Of a stretch of 64,000 nucleotides of DNA, positions 38,698-47,395 are shown one piece after another (the first letter of the stretch is position 1; every line of letters begins with the position of its first letter). The stretch lies in NCBI GenBank assembly GCA_958295895.1, contig CATQHI010000008.1, positions 119,663 through 183,662 of the forward strand. The letters run 5' to 3'. The notes beneath the pieces are model-generated. The model was not told the origin of the DNA. It did no database searches and worked only from the letters and a program-made list of their open reading frames with translations. Made by a program: the position numbers and the translations under genes. Source of the DNA: Saprospiraceae bacterium (GTDB lineage: Bacteria > Bacteroidota > Bacteroidia > Chitinophagales > Saprospiraceae).

Positions 38698-39783
38698 ATG
38701 CGCATCACCAATCTCCTCCGCTCCAAAGAAGAAAAATCCGCCATGACGCGGAAAAAGGCCGGCGCGCCCCCGGGCACCATGGTGTATACCGGCGTGCGCG
38801 AGATGGACCACATCATGGTACACCTGACGCAGTACCACGGCAACTTCTATGACTGTCAGACCATCCAGGACGACTTTCCCGAGCCGGTCACCCCGCAGGC
38901 CACCCTCTGGTACGATATGCGCGGACTGCACAATGTGGAACTGGTGGAGCGCCTCGGTAAGCGGTACGGCATGCACCCCCTCGCCCTGGAGGACGTGGTG
39001 GACGTGCAGCAGCGTCCCAAAATGGAGGTCTACAGTGACGGCGTGATGTTTGTCATCAAGGCCTTTGCCTTCAACCCGGACCGGCTGGAACTGAGCATCG
39101 AACAGGTAAGTATCTACGTCACCGACGGCGTGGTGCTAAGCCTACAGGAAGACAGCGGCGACTTATTCAAGAGCGTACGTAAACGCCTGGAAACCAGCAG
39201 TGGCCGTATCCGTACACGGGGGGCTGACTACCTGGCCTACGCCCTGGTCGATAACGTGGTGGATAAGTACTTCTCGGTCATCGACCAGATTGAAAACGAG
39301 CTCGACAAACTGGAGGAAACCATCATGCGCTCGCCGGAGGTGGAGACGAAGTCGAAGATTCACGACATCCGCCTCTCCCTACTCACTCTACGTAAGAGTA
39401 TCAGCCCCCTGCGCGAGCTCATGAACCGCTTCGCCGATACCGAAAGCACGCTGATCACGGCCGACACCCAGCTCTACGTACGCGACCTGCGCGATCACGT
39501 GATCCAGATCACCGATCTGGTGGAGACCTACCGCGACGTCACTAACGGCCTCTACGACCTCTATACCAGCGAGATCAGCTTCCGCATGAACTCGGTGATG
39601 CAGACCCTGACGATCGTGTCCACTATCTTCATCCCGCTGAGTTTCCTGGTAGGGGTCTACGGCATGAACTGGGACAATATGCCGGAGCTGCATACCCGCT
39701 ACGGTTACTTCGTGCTGTGGGGGGTGATGCTGTGTCTGATCCTGGGGATGCTGGGGTGGTTTCGGTCGCGTCGTTGGATTTAA
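38698..39783 (+). CDS. corA: Magnesium/cobalt transporter CorA
   Basis: The C-terminal YGMNW motif (GVYGMNWDNMPEL) is followed by the second TM helix. The start could be ATG 38698 or 38743. Confidence 0.85.
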   Translation: MRITNLLRSKEEKSAMTRKKAGAPPGTMVYTGVREMDHIMVHLTQYHGNFYDCQTIQDDFPEPVTPQATLWYDMRGLHNVELVERLGKRYGMHPLALEDVVDVQQRPKMEVYSDGVMFVIKAFAFNPDRLELSIEQVSIYVTDGVVLSLQEDSGDLFKSVRKRLETSSGRIRTRGADYLAYALVDNVVDKYFSVIDQIENELDKLEETIMRSPEVETKSKIHDIRLSLLTLRKSISPLRELMNRFADTESTLITADTQLYVRDLRDHVIQITDLVETYRDVTNGLYDLYTSEISFRMNSVMQTLTIVSTIFIPLSFLVGVYGMNWDNMPELHTRYGYFVLWGVMLCLILGMLGWFRSRRWI

Positions 39784-39815
39784 CCGTAAATTCGCCCCTC
39801 ACCAGCCTATGGCCA

Positions 39816-40745
39816 ATGAACAAGCGTACTCTCACCATCATCGCCGTCCTACTAGCCCTACTCTTCGTGGGGACCCTGATCTGGGGCGTTACGACCAAGA
39901 GCCGGCTGGAAACTGTCTACGTAGAAAAGTCCGGCGAGGCCGAGCAGCTCACTTTACTGCGCGATAACCTGATGAAGTCAGTGGACAGCCTCGATCAGGC
40001 CTTCAAGGAGGTCAGCGGGGAGAATGCGCAGCTACAGGGCGAGCTCACCGAAGCGCAGGAGACCGCCCAGCGCGCCCTCTACGACATGCGCCAGGCCCAG
40101 AAGTCGCGCAAGAACGACAACGAGGTAGCCTACGAAATGCGCAAGCAGATCGAGGACCTGATCAATGTGCGCACCATGCTCGAGACCAGCATCACGGAGC
40201 TGACCGAGGAGAATAAGGACCTGCGACAGCGCAACGTCGTGCTCCGTCAGGATCTCAGCACCGCCAAGACCGAGGCCTACGAGAACGCCAAGCAGGTCGA
40301 TAACCTGAGCCGCATGAACGAGAGCATCGAGGCTGACCTGGAACGCATGACGCTGGGCAACTTCAAGGCCACCGCCATCCAGGTCGACCTGCTGCGCAAG
40401 AACGGCAGCAACACCGCCAACGCTAGCCGCGCCCGCCGCATCGCCGTGAGCTTCGACCTGACCGACGTGCCGCAGGAGTACCTCGGCGTACGCCCCATCT
40501 TCCTGGTGCTGACGGATGAATCCTCCACCCCCGTGATCAGCGAGAACCCCGTGCGGGCCAAGTCAATCGTCAACGGCGCGGAGAAGGACATCATCGCCCT
40601 CGAGGGCCGCGACGTGAACCTGGAGCGCAACCAGCGCATCAGCTTTACCCACGAGCTGAACGATAAGCTAGCGGAGGGCTTTTACCGGGCGGAGATCTAC
40701 ACGGATATTGGAATGCTGGGCTCGGCTAAAGTCCAGCTTCGCTAA
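39816..40745 (+). CDS. Membrane-anchored coiled-coil protein, paralog of 5144-6160
   Basis: ATG 39816 (MNKRTLTIIAVLLALLFVGTLIWGV). It has the same architecture as the paralog, and the C-terminal domain ends ...LAEGFYRAEIYTDIGMLGSAKVQLR versus ...FAEGTYTVELYNKGFLVGNTSLELK. Confidence 0.7.
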   Translation: MNKRTLTIIAVLLALLFVGTLIWGVTTKSRLETVYVEKSGEAEQLTLLRDNLMKSVDSLDQAFKEVSGENAQLQGELTEAQETAQRALYDMRQAQKSRKNDNEVAYEMRKQIEDLINVRTMLETSITELTEENKDLRQRNVVLRQDLSTAKTEAYENAKQVDNLSRMNESIEADLERMTLGNFKATAIQVDLLRKNGSNTANASRARRIAVSFDLTDVPQEYLGVRPIFLVLTDESSTPVISENPVRAKSIVNGAEKDIIALEGRDVNLERNQRISFTHELNDKLAEGFYRAEIYTDIGMLGSAKVQLR

Positions 40746-40754
40746 CCTCGTCGG

Positions 40755-40840
40755 CCGAGCGTTGCGCAGCTTCGTTCGTCCGCCGAGTGGCCAGCGATCT
40801 CTGATTTTTCGGCGGACGAACCAAGCTCCGCAAGGCTCGG
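40755..40840. repeat. REP-like imperfect palindromic element (32-bp arms, 3 mismatches, 22-nt spacer)
   Basis: ccgagcgttgcgcagcttcgttcgtccgccga (40755-40786) pairs with tcggcggacgaaccaagctccgcaaggctcgg (40809-40840). The left arm is about 85% identical to 1071-1104. Confidence 0.75.
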
Positions 40841-40863
40841 TCTACGAAAAGTAAACTACGATT

Positions 40864-41823
40864 ATGATATTCCTGGATTTCGAGCAGCCACTAGAGAAGC
40901 TACACGAGCAGCTGGAAAAGGTCCGCGCGGTCAGCGACGACGGAGTAGTTGACATGCAGCCCACCATCACTGAGCTGGAGGAGCGAATCAAACAGACACG
41001 CCGCGACATCTACAGCAACCTGAATGGCTGGCAGCGCGTACAGCTGAGCCGGCATCCGGAACGGCCGTATACCCTCTACTACATCGAGCAGATGTGCCGC
41101 AAGTTCGTGGAGCTACACGGCGACCGCTGCTTTGGCGACGATAAGGCCGTCGTGGGCGGTATCGGGGAACATGGACGGGCAGACCGTCGTCTTCATCGGT
41201 CACCAGAAGGGCGTCAATACGAAAATGCGGCAGTACCGCAACTTCGGGGATGGCCAATCCGGAGGGCTACCGCAAGGCCCTACGGCTGATGAAGCTGGCC
41301 GAGCGTTTTCGGCTTTCCCGTAGTCTCCCTGATCGACACCCCCGGGGCCTTCCCCGGCATCGAGGCCGAGGAGCGCGGGCAGGCCGAGGCCATTGCCCGC
41401 AACCTCTTCGAGATGGCGCAGCTGCGCGTACCCATCGTCTGCGCCGTGATCGGCGAGGGGGCCAGCGGTGGGGCCATCGGTATCGGCCTGGGTGACCACG
41501 TGATGATGCTCGAAAACACCTGGTATTCGGTCATCTCTCCGGAAAGCTGCAGCAGCATCCTCTGGCGCAGCTGGGACTTCAAGGAGCAGGCCGCCGAGAC
41601 CCTCAAGCTCACCGCCGAGGACATGCACGGCTTCGGCATCGTGGACGAGATCATCAAGGAGCCGCAGGGCGGTGCCCACAACGCCCCCGAGGAAATGGCC
41701 AAACTACTGAAGCGCCAGCTTAAGAAGGCCATCGCCGCCGTGCAGGAAAAGTCGGTCGATCAGATGGTCGAGGACCGCATCGAGAAGTACGCCTCCATCG
41801 GGCAGGTCACCCACGCTGACTGA
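40864..41823 (+). pseudogene. accA: Acetyl-CoA carboxylase carboxyltransferase alpha subunit; three frameshifts as sequenced
   Basis: Four ORF pieces in frames 1, 2, 0, 1 give a continuous AccA: ...DDKAVVGGIGE|MDGQTVVFIGHQKGVNTKMRQYRNFG|[22 protein letters not shown]|[30 protein letters not shown]...[10 protein letters not shown]. The shifts are at 41164-41172, GGGG 41246-41249 and 41313-41319. Confidence 0.85.
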
Positions 41824-41828
41824 TCACC

Positions 41829-42738
41829 ATGCGCACCCCTCCCCCCCCCACATTTACCGGCACCGGCGTTGCGCTCATCACCCCGTTTCGGGCCGCTAAG
41901 TCCGTGGACTACCCCGCACTAGGTGGTATTATCGACCACGTGATCGCCGGCGGGGTGGACTACGTCGTCTGCCTCGGCACCACCGGGGAGGCCATCACGC
42001 TAAGCTCCCAGGAGTGTCGGGAGATCCTGGACTTCACCATCCGCCACGTCGACGGGCGGGTACCCATCGTGGCCGGCTTCTTCGGCGGCAACTACACGGA
42101 GCGGTTGGTCGGCACCATCCGCGATTACAATTTTGACGGGGGTGGCGGGCATCATGTCCAGCAGCCCCGCCTACAGCAAACCGCCCCAGGAGGGCATCTA
42201 CCAGCACTATATGCGGGTAGCCGAGGTAGCTCCCCGGCCGCTCATCATCTACAACGTTCCCGGCCGCACCAGCTCCAACGTGCATCCGGAAACCGTGCTG
42301 CGCCTGGCTGAGGCTACCGACCGCTTCGCCGCTGTCAAGGAAGCCAGTGGCGTGCTGGATCAGGCTGCCCAAATCCTCAAGCACCGTCCGGATCACCTGG
42401 CCGTGCTCTGCGGCGACGACCCCCTGGCTACGGCTATGATCGCGGTAGGCGCCCACGGCGGCATCAGCGTCATCGCCAATGCCCTGCCCGCCCAGTTCAG
42501 CCGCATGGTGCGCGCTGCATTGAATAACGACATAGCCGAGGCCCGCCAGCTCAACTTTGACCTGCTCGACGTCCACCCCCTGCTCTACGTCGAGGGCAAT
42601 CCCATCGGCATCAAGGCGGCCTGCGCGCTGCTGGGGCTGTGCGACAATTACCTACGCGTGCCCCTCGTTCCCCTCTCGGCGGCCAATGAGGACAAGCTAC
42701 GTGAGGTACTCGCCCACGTCCCCGAGTTGGTGCCCTAG
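41829..42738 (+). pseudogene. dapA: 4-hydroxy-tetrahydrodipicolinate synthase; one frameshift as sequenced
   Basis: GVALITPF...GVDYVVCLGTTGEA...IRDYNFDG|VAGIMSSSPAYSKPPQEGIYQHY...IIYNVPGRT. The extra G lies in the GGGGG run 42138-42142. Confidence 0.85.
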
Positions 42739-42755
42739 CGGAAGCCCGTCCCTGC

Positions 42756-45272
42756 ATGCGATTCATCCGGCGTTTTGCCCTATTGCTCCTCACCCTGGCC
42801 CTGCTGCTCCTAGCGGCAGTCCATCTCCTGGGTGATCCCATCGCCCGCCGCGTCGTCCACTCCCTCAACGCCCAACTTCAGACCCCCATCACGGTGGGTC
42901 ACTACGACCTGAGTCTCCTGCGGGCCTTTCCCCAACTCTCCGTCGAGCTACAGCAGGTACGGGTGGGCGGCAGCGACGGCAGTACCCTCCTGGAGGCCGA
43001 GCACCTGGACTGCGTGCTGGATTTAACGAGCATATTCGGCACCCCCCGTATCAACGGCATCCGCGTTCGCGACGGCAAGCTCCAGCTCTTCACCGACCGC
43101 GACGGCAACACCAACTACCAGGTCACCCACACCTCCGTAGGCGACCGGGCGGAGCAACCAACGGGCGGGGCCGCGGGTGCAAACTTTCTGGTACGGGCGG
43201 CCGAGTTCACCAACGTGACCGTAGTCTACCAGGACGCCCGCCTAAAAACCGACGCCGTGTTCACGATCCGGGAAGGTAGGCTCGACGGCAACTTCGGGGC
43301 TACCACCGCCGAGCTGAAAACGGAAAGCCAGGTCGCGGTCACCTACTTCGATCAGGACGGCACCCGCTACCTAGCCCGGAAAACCTTCGGGCTCAGTGGG
43401 ACGGTGAGCATCAACCAGGAAGAAGGTAGCTACCGCTTCACCCCCCTGGTCCTCGCCGCGCGCGACCTCACCGTGGAAACTACCGGGGTACTCACCCTTA
43501 CGGAGCGGGGCCTCATCACTAATCTACGGCTAAGTAGTACCGCCGGGGAACTCAACGACGTACTCTCTCTGTTACCGCCCGGCTACGCTGCTACCTTGGG
43601 TGAGCTAGAGACCGACGGTCAGCTTGCCCTCGCAGCTGACGTAACCGGCGAATGGACCGAGCGGGATTACCCCCACCTCAACGGCCATCTGACCTTCACC
43701 AACGGCCGCCTCAGCAGCCCCCGCATAAATGCCACAGGCCGCGACGTAGCCCTGCGGGCCAGCTTTGCCTACCTGGAAGGGCCCCGGGGCGGTATACAGA
43801 CCTTCGCCGTCGAGGAGCTGAGCGGCACCTTCGCCGGCGCACCCTTCGATCTCCGGCTCCGGCTGGAAGATTTAGCCGATCCCTACCTCACGTTCAGTGG
43901 CCGGGGTAGCCTGCCACTGGGTGTGCTACCGGCTCTGCTACCGGAGGCAGCAGCCGTGACTGAGGCAGCGGGACTACTCCACCTGGATGATCTCACCCTG
44001 AGCGGTCGCTACGCCGATATGGTGGAGCCCCGGCGGGCGGGCCGAATAATTTCAACCGGTACGCTGCGCTTAGAAGATGCTCACCTGATGTACCGTGAGC
44101 TGCCGATCGCGCTCCCTTCCGGCACCGTAGTCCTCGACGATAACGCAATCACGGTGAAAGACCTTACCGTGACCCTCCCCAGTACCCGCTGCACGCTTAA
44201 CGGACGGGGCAGCAACCTGATCCCCGTACTTTTTTCCGATAGCCTTAACTCCCGCGATGCGGCCCTGCGCTTCACCGCCACGCTGAGCGGCGAGCGCCTG
44301 GATGTGGCCGAAATACTAGCCCTAACCGGAGAAAGTGGGGATGCAGGAGATACTTCTGCAGTCGTATCATCCGGTACCCCAGTAGTACAGCGTGCCACCC
44401 TCACCGATCTCCTCCACGGCACCTTCGAAGCCAAACTGGCCGAGTGGCGGTGGGACGGGATGCATGGCGAAAACTTCAGTGGCCAACTCGTATTCCTACC
44501 CGGTCGCCTCGACGTGCGGGGGCTCACCGCCGCCATGGGGGGCCGCTTTCGGGTAGATGCGGTGACCTACTTCGAGGATAGCACCATCGTCGATGCTAGG
44601 GTGACGGCGCAGAATGTAGACGCCACCGAGTTCTTTCGCCAGTGCGACAACTTCGGTCAGGAGGTACTTACCGCCGACCACCTCACCGGTCACCTGAACG
44701 CTCAACTTCTCCTAGATATGACCTACGACGCGGCGGGAGCGCTCGACTACGAGCGACTGGGCGTGCGGGCTAGTTTGGAGGTCCAGGATGGGGAACTACG
44801 CAACTTCGGTATGCTGGAAAATTTTGCCTTCGCCCTCAAGTCCGGTGACCTCGAGCGCGTCCGCTTTAACCGCTTGGCCAATGTCTTCGAGATCCGGGAC
44901 CGGACGATCTATATTCCGGCCATGTTCATCCAGTCCAGTGCCCTCAACCTTACCCTCAGTGGCAGCCATACCTTCGATCAGTACCTGGATTATAGCGTGA
45001 AGGTTAACGCAGGTCAGGTAGTGACTAATAAACTGAGCCGCCACGATAGCGCACTGGAAGTGCTACCGGCCCGCAACGGACTGTTCAACGTATACTACAC
45101 CATCCGGGGACCGCTGGAAACCTACACGGTGCGGAGCGATAAACGGGCGGTAAAAACGGACTTTCGGCGCAGTCTTTCCCGCCGCGACCGGATCCGTCGT
45201 GAATTGGCCGCCCGTTTTCGCACGCCCATCACCCTGTTCGACCTATCTGGCACGGATGATGTAACGGACTAG
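42756..45272 (+). CDS. AsmA-family outer-membrane assembly protein (large, N-terminally anchored)
   Basis: 838 aa with one N-terminal TM helix and a long beta-rich body. The C-terminal region (...RTIYIPAMFIQSSALNLTLSGSHTFDQYLDYSVKV) resembles the AsmA-like C-terminal domain. This assignment is by resemblance only. Confidence 0.6.
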   Translation: MRFIRRFALLLLTLALLLLAAVHLLGDPIARRVVHSLNAQLQTPITVGHYDLSLLRAFPQLSVELQQVRVGGSDGSTLLEAEHLDCVLDLTSIFGTPRINGIRVRDGKLQLFTDRDGNTNYQVTHTSVGDRAEQPTGGAAGANFLVRAAEFTNVTVVYQDARLKTDAVFTIREGRLDGNFGATTAELKTESQVAVTYFDQDGTRYLARKTFGLSGTVSINQEEGSYRFTPLVLAARDLTVETTGVLTLTERGLITNLRLSSTAGELNDVLSLLPPGYAATLGELETDGQLALAADVTGEWTERDYPHLNGHLTFTNGRLSSPRINATGRDVALRASFAYLEGPRGGIQTFAVEELSGTFAGAPFDLRLRLEDLADPYLTFSGRGSLPLGVLPALLPEAAAVTEAAGLLHLDDLTLSGRYADMVEPRRAGRIISTGTLRLEDAHLMYRELPIALPSGTVVLDDNAITVKDLTVTLPSTRCTLNGRGSNLIPVLFSDSLNSRDAALRFTATLSGERLDVAEILALTGESGDAGDTSAVVSSGTPVVQRATLTDLLHGTFEAKLAEWRWDGMHGENFSGQLVFLPGRLDVRGLTAAMGGRFRVDAVTYFEDSTIVDARVTAQNVDATEFFRQCDNFGQEVLTADHLTGHLNAQLLLDMTYDAAGALDYERLGVRASLEVQDGELRNFGMLENFAFALKSGDLERVRFNRLANVFEIRDRTIYIPAMFIQSSALNLTLSGSHTFDQYLDYSVKVNAGQVVTNKLSRHDSALEVLPARNGLFNVYYTIRGPLETYTVRSDKRAVKTDFRRSLSRRDRIRRELAARFRTPITLFDLSGTDDVTD

Positions 45273-45353
45273 GGAGGCTGTCCGCCGTGCGCCATAACAT
45301 GGGTACCCCCGCTTGCGTTGGATGGCTGAGTTATCGACGCTAAGTACACACAA

Positions 45354-47087
45354 TTGTTCCTCCGCTATCTTATCTGGGCCCTGGCCCTCTGTAGTTGGCT
45401 GCCCGCCCAGGAGGTAGCCGCGCCGGACTTTCTGTGTACTCGCTCGGAGGCCGGTGGCGAGATACTCACCTGGAGTAACATAGATAACTCCTGCGGCCCT
45501 TACCAGGCAACTGAGATCTACCGCAGTACTGCGGAAGCCGGCCCCTATACCTTACTCGCTACCCTCACCGATCCTACTGTCACCGAGTACCGCGACGAGA
45601 ACCCCACCGGCGAGCAGTTTTTCTACTACCTCACGTACCGTTACGACTGCCCGGGCGCTACCACCCTCACCAGTGACACCCTCGACAATCGCATCCCGGC
45701 GGCCATTAACCTGCGCTACGTCAGTGTGGAGGATGGCGACCTGCTCATCGGCTGGGACCCCTCGCCTTCCCCGGAGGTAAGTGGCTACGTGATTCTGGAA
45801 GTCACCGACACCGGCACCTTCCCCCTCGACACGGTAGGTGCCGAGACCACCTACCGGATTACCGGCGTACCGGTTGATTCCCTCACTGCACGCGACTACG
45901 TCGTAGTGGCCATCGACCCCTGTGGCAACGATACCCCCCAGAGTCAGATCACCTCGGCGGTGGGCCTTACCGGTAGCGGTGGGCAGGGCTGTACCTCGGA
46001 GGTAAGTCTAGTCCGCGCAACCACCGGCACCGCTACCCTACTCGATACCCTGGCCGAGCCCCTGCGCCTCTATGCCTCGATAGACGGTGGTCCCTTTACG
46101 GAGGAGCCTTACCAGACCGGGAGTGCCGATACACTTATTTATGATGGGGGCAACGACGGCGAGACCATCTGCTTCTACCAGGAGGGTACCTACGCTACCG
46201 GGGAGACGGTGCGCACCGATACCTTCTGTATTACACTGGACATCATCCCCCCTATTCGCGCCTTCGATGTGTACGGTATTGAGGTCAATGATGGAGCGGT
46301 ACGTCTGCCGTTTGAGCTTACCGACAATCCACTGCCCGTAGCGGCCAGCCTGGAGTTATACCGTGGCTTCACTGTGGAGGAGCTTCCCGTTACTCCGGAG
46401 TCCTTTGGTACTACCGAGCTCATCTTACCCTTCGGTGGGTCCGGTCAGGAGGTCATCGACTCTGCCCGCCTGATACTTCAAGATGAGTGTGGTGATACGC
46501 TGATCACCAACGCCGTGAGTCCCGTTTATCTTTTTGCCGAGCCGGCCTCCGGTGGTGCTACCCTCAACTGGACTCCACTGATCAATAACCTACCCGGCAC
46601 CATCACCTACACGGTACTCGCCGTCAGCCCTGATGGCAGCTTCACACCGTTAGCCGACTCCCTTACGGACCTCACCTACCTCGATGGATCCCCTGCCCCC
46701 GCCGGCGGCCCCCGCTGCTACCGCATCGCAGCTACCTACGCCCCCGTCGATAGTGCGGCCACCTTTTCTTTCCTCTCCAATCAGGCCTGTCTCTTCGAGG
46801 AGCCCGAGGTGTTTTTCCCCAACGTCTTCAGCCCTACCGCTCAGCAACCCGAGAACCGTGTCTTCGGTCCCATCTTCGGCAGCGCCCCCCAACTAGCAAG
46901 CTACGAGTTCCTCATCTTCGACCGCTGGGGTGCCCTGGTTTTCTCCTCCGACCAGCCCGGCCTGCCCTGGACCGGTGTCATCGGCAGCACCGCCGCCCCC
47001 ACCGGCACCTACCTCTACACCCTTAGCTACACCACCCCCACGGGGAACTTAAGCCGTCGCACGGGCGTTGTCCACTTAATTCGGTAA
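45354..47087 (+). CDS. Gliding-motility-associated / T9SS type-B C-terminal domain protein
   Basis: 577 aa with a signal peptide. The C-terminus FFPNVFSPT...YEFLIFDRWGALVFSS...WTG...GTYLYTLSYT is the CHU_C/type-B sorting domain. The predicted start is TTG. Confidence 0.75.
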   Translation: MFLRYLIWALALCSWLPAQEVAAPDFLCTRSEAGGEILTWSNIDNSCGPYQATEIYRSTAEAGPYTLLATLTDPTVTEYRDENPTGEQFFYYLTYRYDCPGATTLTSDTLDNRIPAAINLRYVSVEDGDLLIGWDPSPSPEVSGYVILEVTDTGTFPLDTVGAETTYRITGVPVDSLTARDYVVVAIDPCGNDTPQSQITSAVGLTGSGGQGCTSEVSLVRATTGTATLLDTLAEPLRLYASIDGGPFTEEPYQTGSADTLIYDGGNDGETICFYQEGTYATGETVRTDTFCITLDIIPPIRAFDVYGIEVNDGAVRLPFELTDNPLPVAASLELYRGFTVEELPVTPESFGTTELILPFGGSGQEVIDSARLILQDECGDTLITNAVSPVYLFAEPASGGATLNWTPLINNLPGTITYTVLAVSPDGSFTPLADSLTDLTYLDGSPAPAGGPRCYRIAATYAPVDSAATFSFLSNQACLFEEPEVFFPNVFSPTAQQPENRVFGPIFGSAPQLASYEFLIFDRWGALVFSSDQPGLPWTGVIGSTAAPTGTYLYTLSYTTPTGNLSRRTGVVHLIR

Positions 47088-47105
47088 ATAAACCGACGGC
47101 AAAGT

Positions 47106-47137
47106 TTGGTACTCCCCCCGTGGGCCACCTACTTTTG
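47106..47137 (+). promoter_or_regulatory. Putative promoter (-33 TTG / -7 TACTTTTG) for tRNA-Cys
   Basis: TTG at 47106-47108, a 21-nt spacer, then TACTTTTG at 47130-47137. The box ends 10 nt before the tRNA 5' end. Confidence 0.45.
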
Positions 47138-47146
47138 CCCTCCCCT

Positions 47147-47217
47147 GGTTGGGTGGCCGAGTGGCTAGGCAAAGGTCTGCAAAACCTTGTACGGCGGTTC
47201 GAATCCGCTCCCAACCT
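47147..47217 (+). tRNA. tRNA-Cys (GCA)
   Basis: Manual cloverleaf fold. Acceptor stem ggttggg/cccaacc; anticodon stem aaggt/acctt with loop ctGCAaa; T arm ggcgg-ttcgaat-ccgct; discriminator U. CCA is not encoded. Confidence 0.85.
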
Positions 47218-47218
47218 C

Positions 47219-47255
47219 AAAAACCGCGTTGGGCTTTGCCCTTCGCGGTTTTTTT
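47219..47255 (+). terminator. Rho-independent terminator after tRNA-Cys
   Basis: Stem accgcg (47223-47228) / cgcggt (47244-47249) with inner gggc/gccc pairing, followed by T7. Confidence 0.6.
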
Positions 47256-47272
47256 AGATTGCCTTCAGCTCT

Positions 47273-47288
47273 AACGAGCGAAGCGATC
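47273..47288. repeat. REP-like core unit (reverse orientation)
   Basis: The reverse complement of aacgagcgaagcgatc is gatcgcttcgctcgtt, which matches 51403-51419 (gaccgcttcgctcgtta) with 1 mismatch. Confidence 0.6.
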
Positions 47289-47395
47289 TATTTCCCTTAT
47301 CTTTGCGCTCCCTTAACCGGCACCCCCGGAAAAGGAAGGGGACTGGCCGCCCCCGAAGCGGCCCAAATGTTTAACCGTTTAAACCCCATCATCGA

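Noticed and set aside
41164-41319. Frameshifts in accA, accB, dapA and others, considered as programmed ribosomal frameshifting.
   Set aside because: No slippery heptamer plus downstream structure pattern is shared among the sites. The sites are simple homopolymers in many unrelated genes, which fits sequencing or assembly error.
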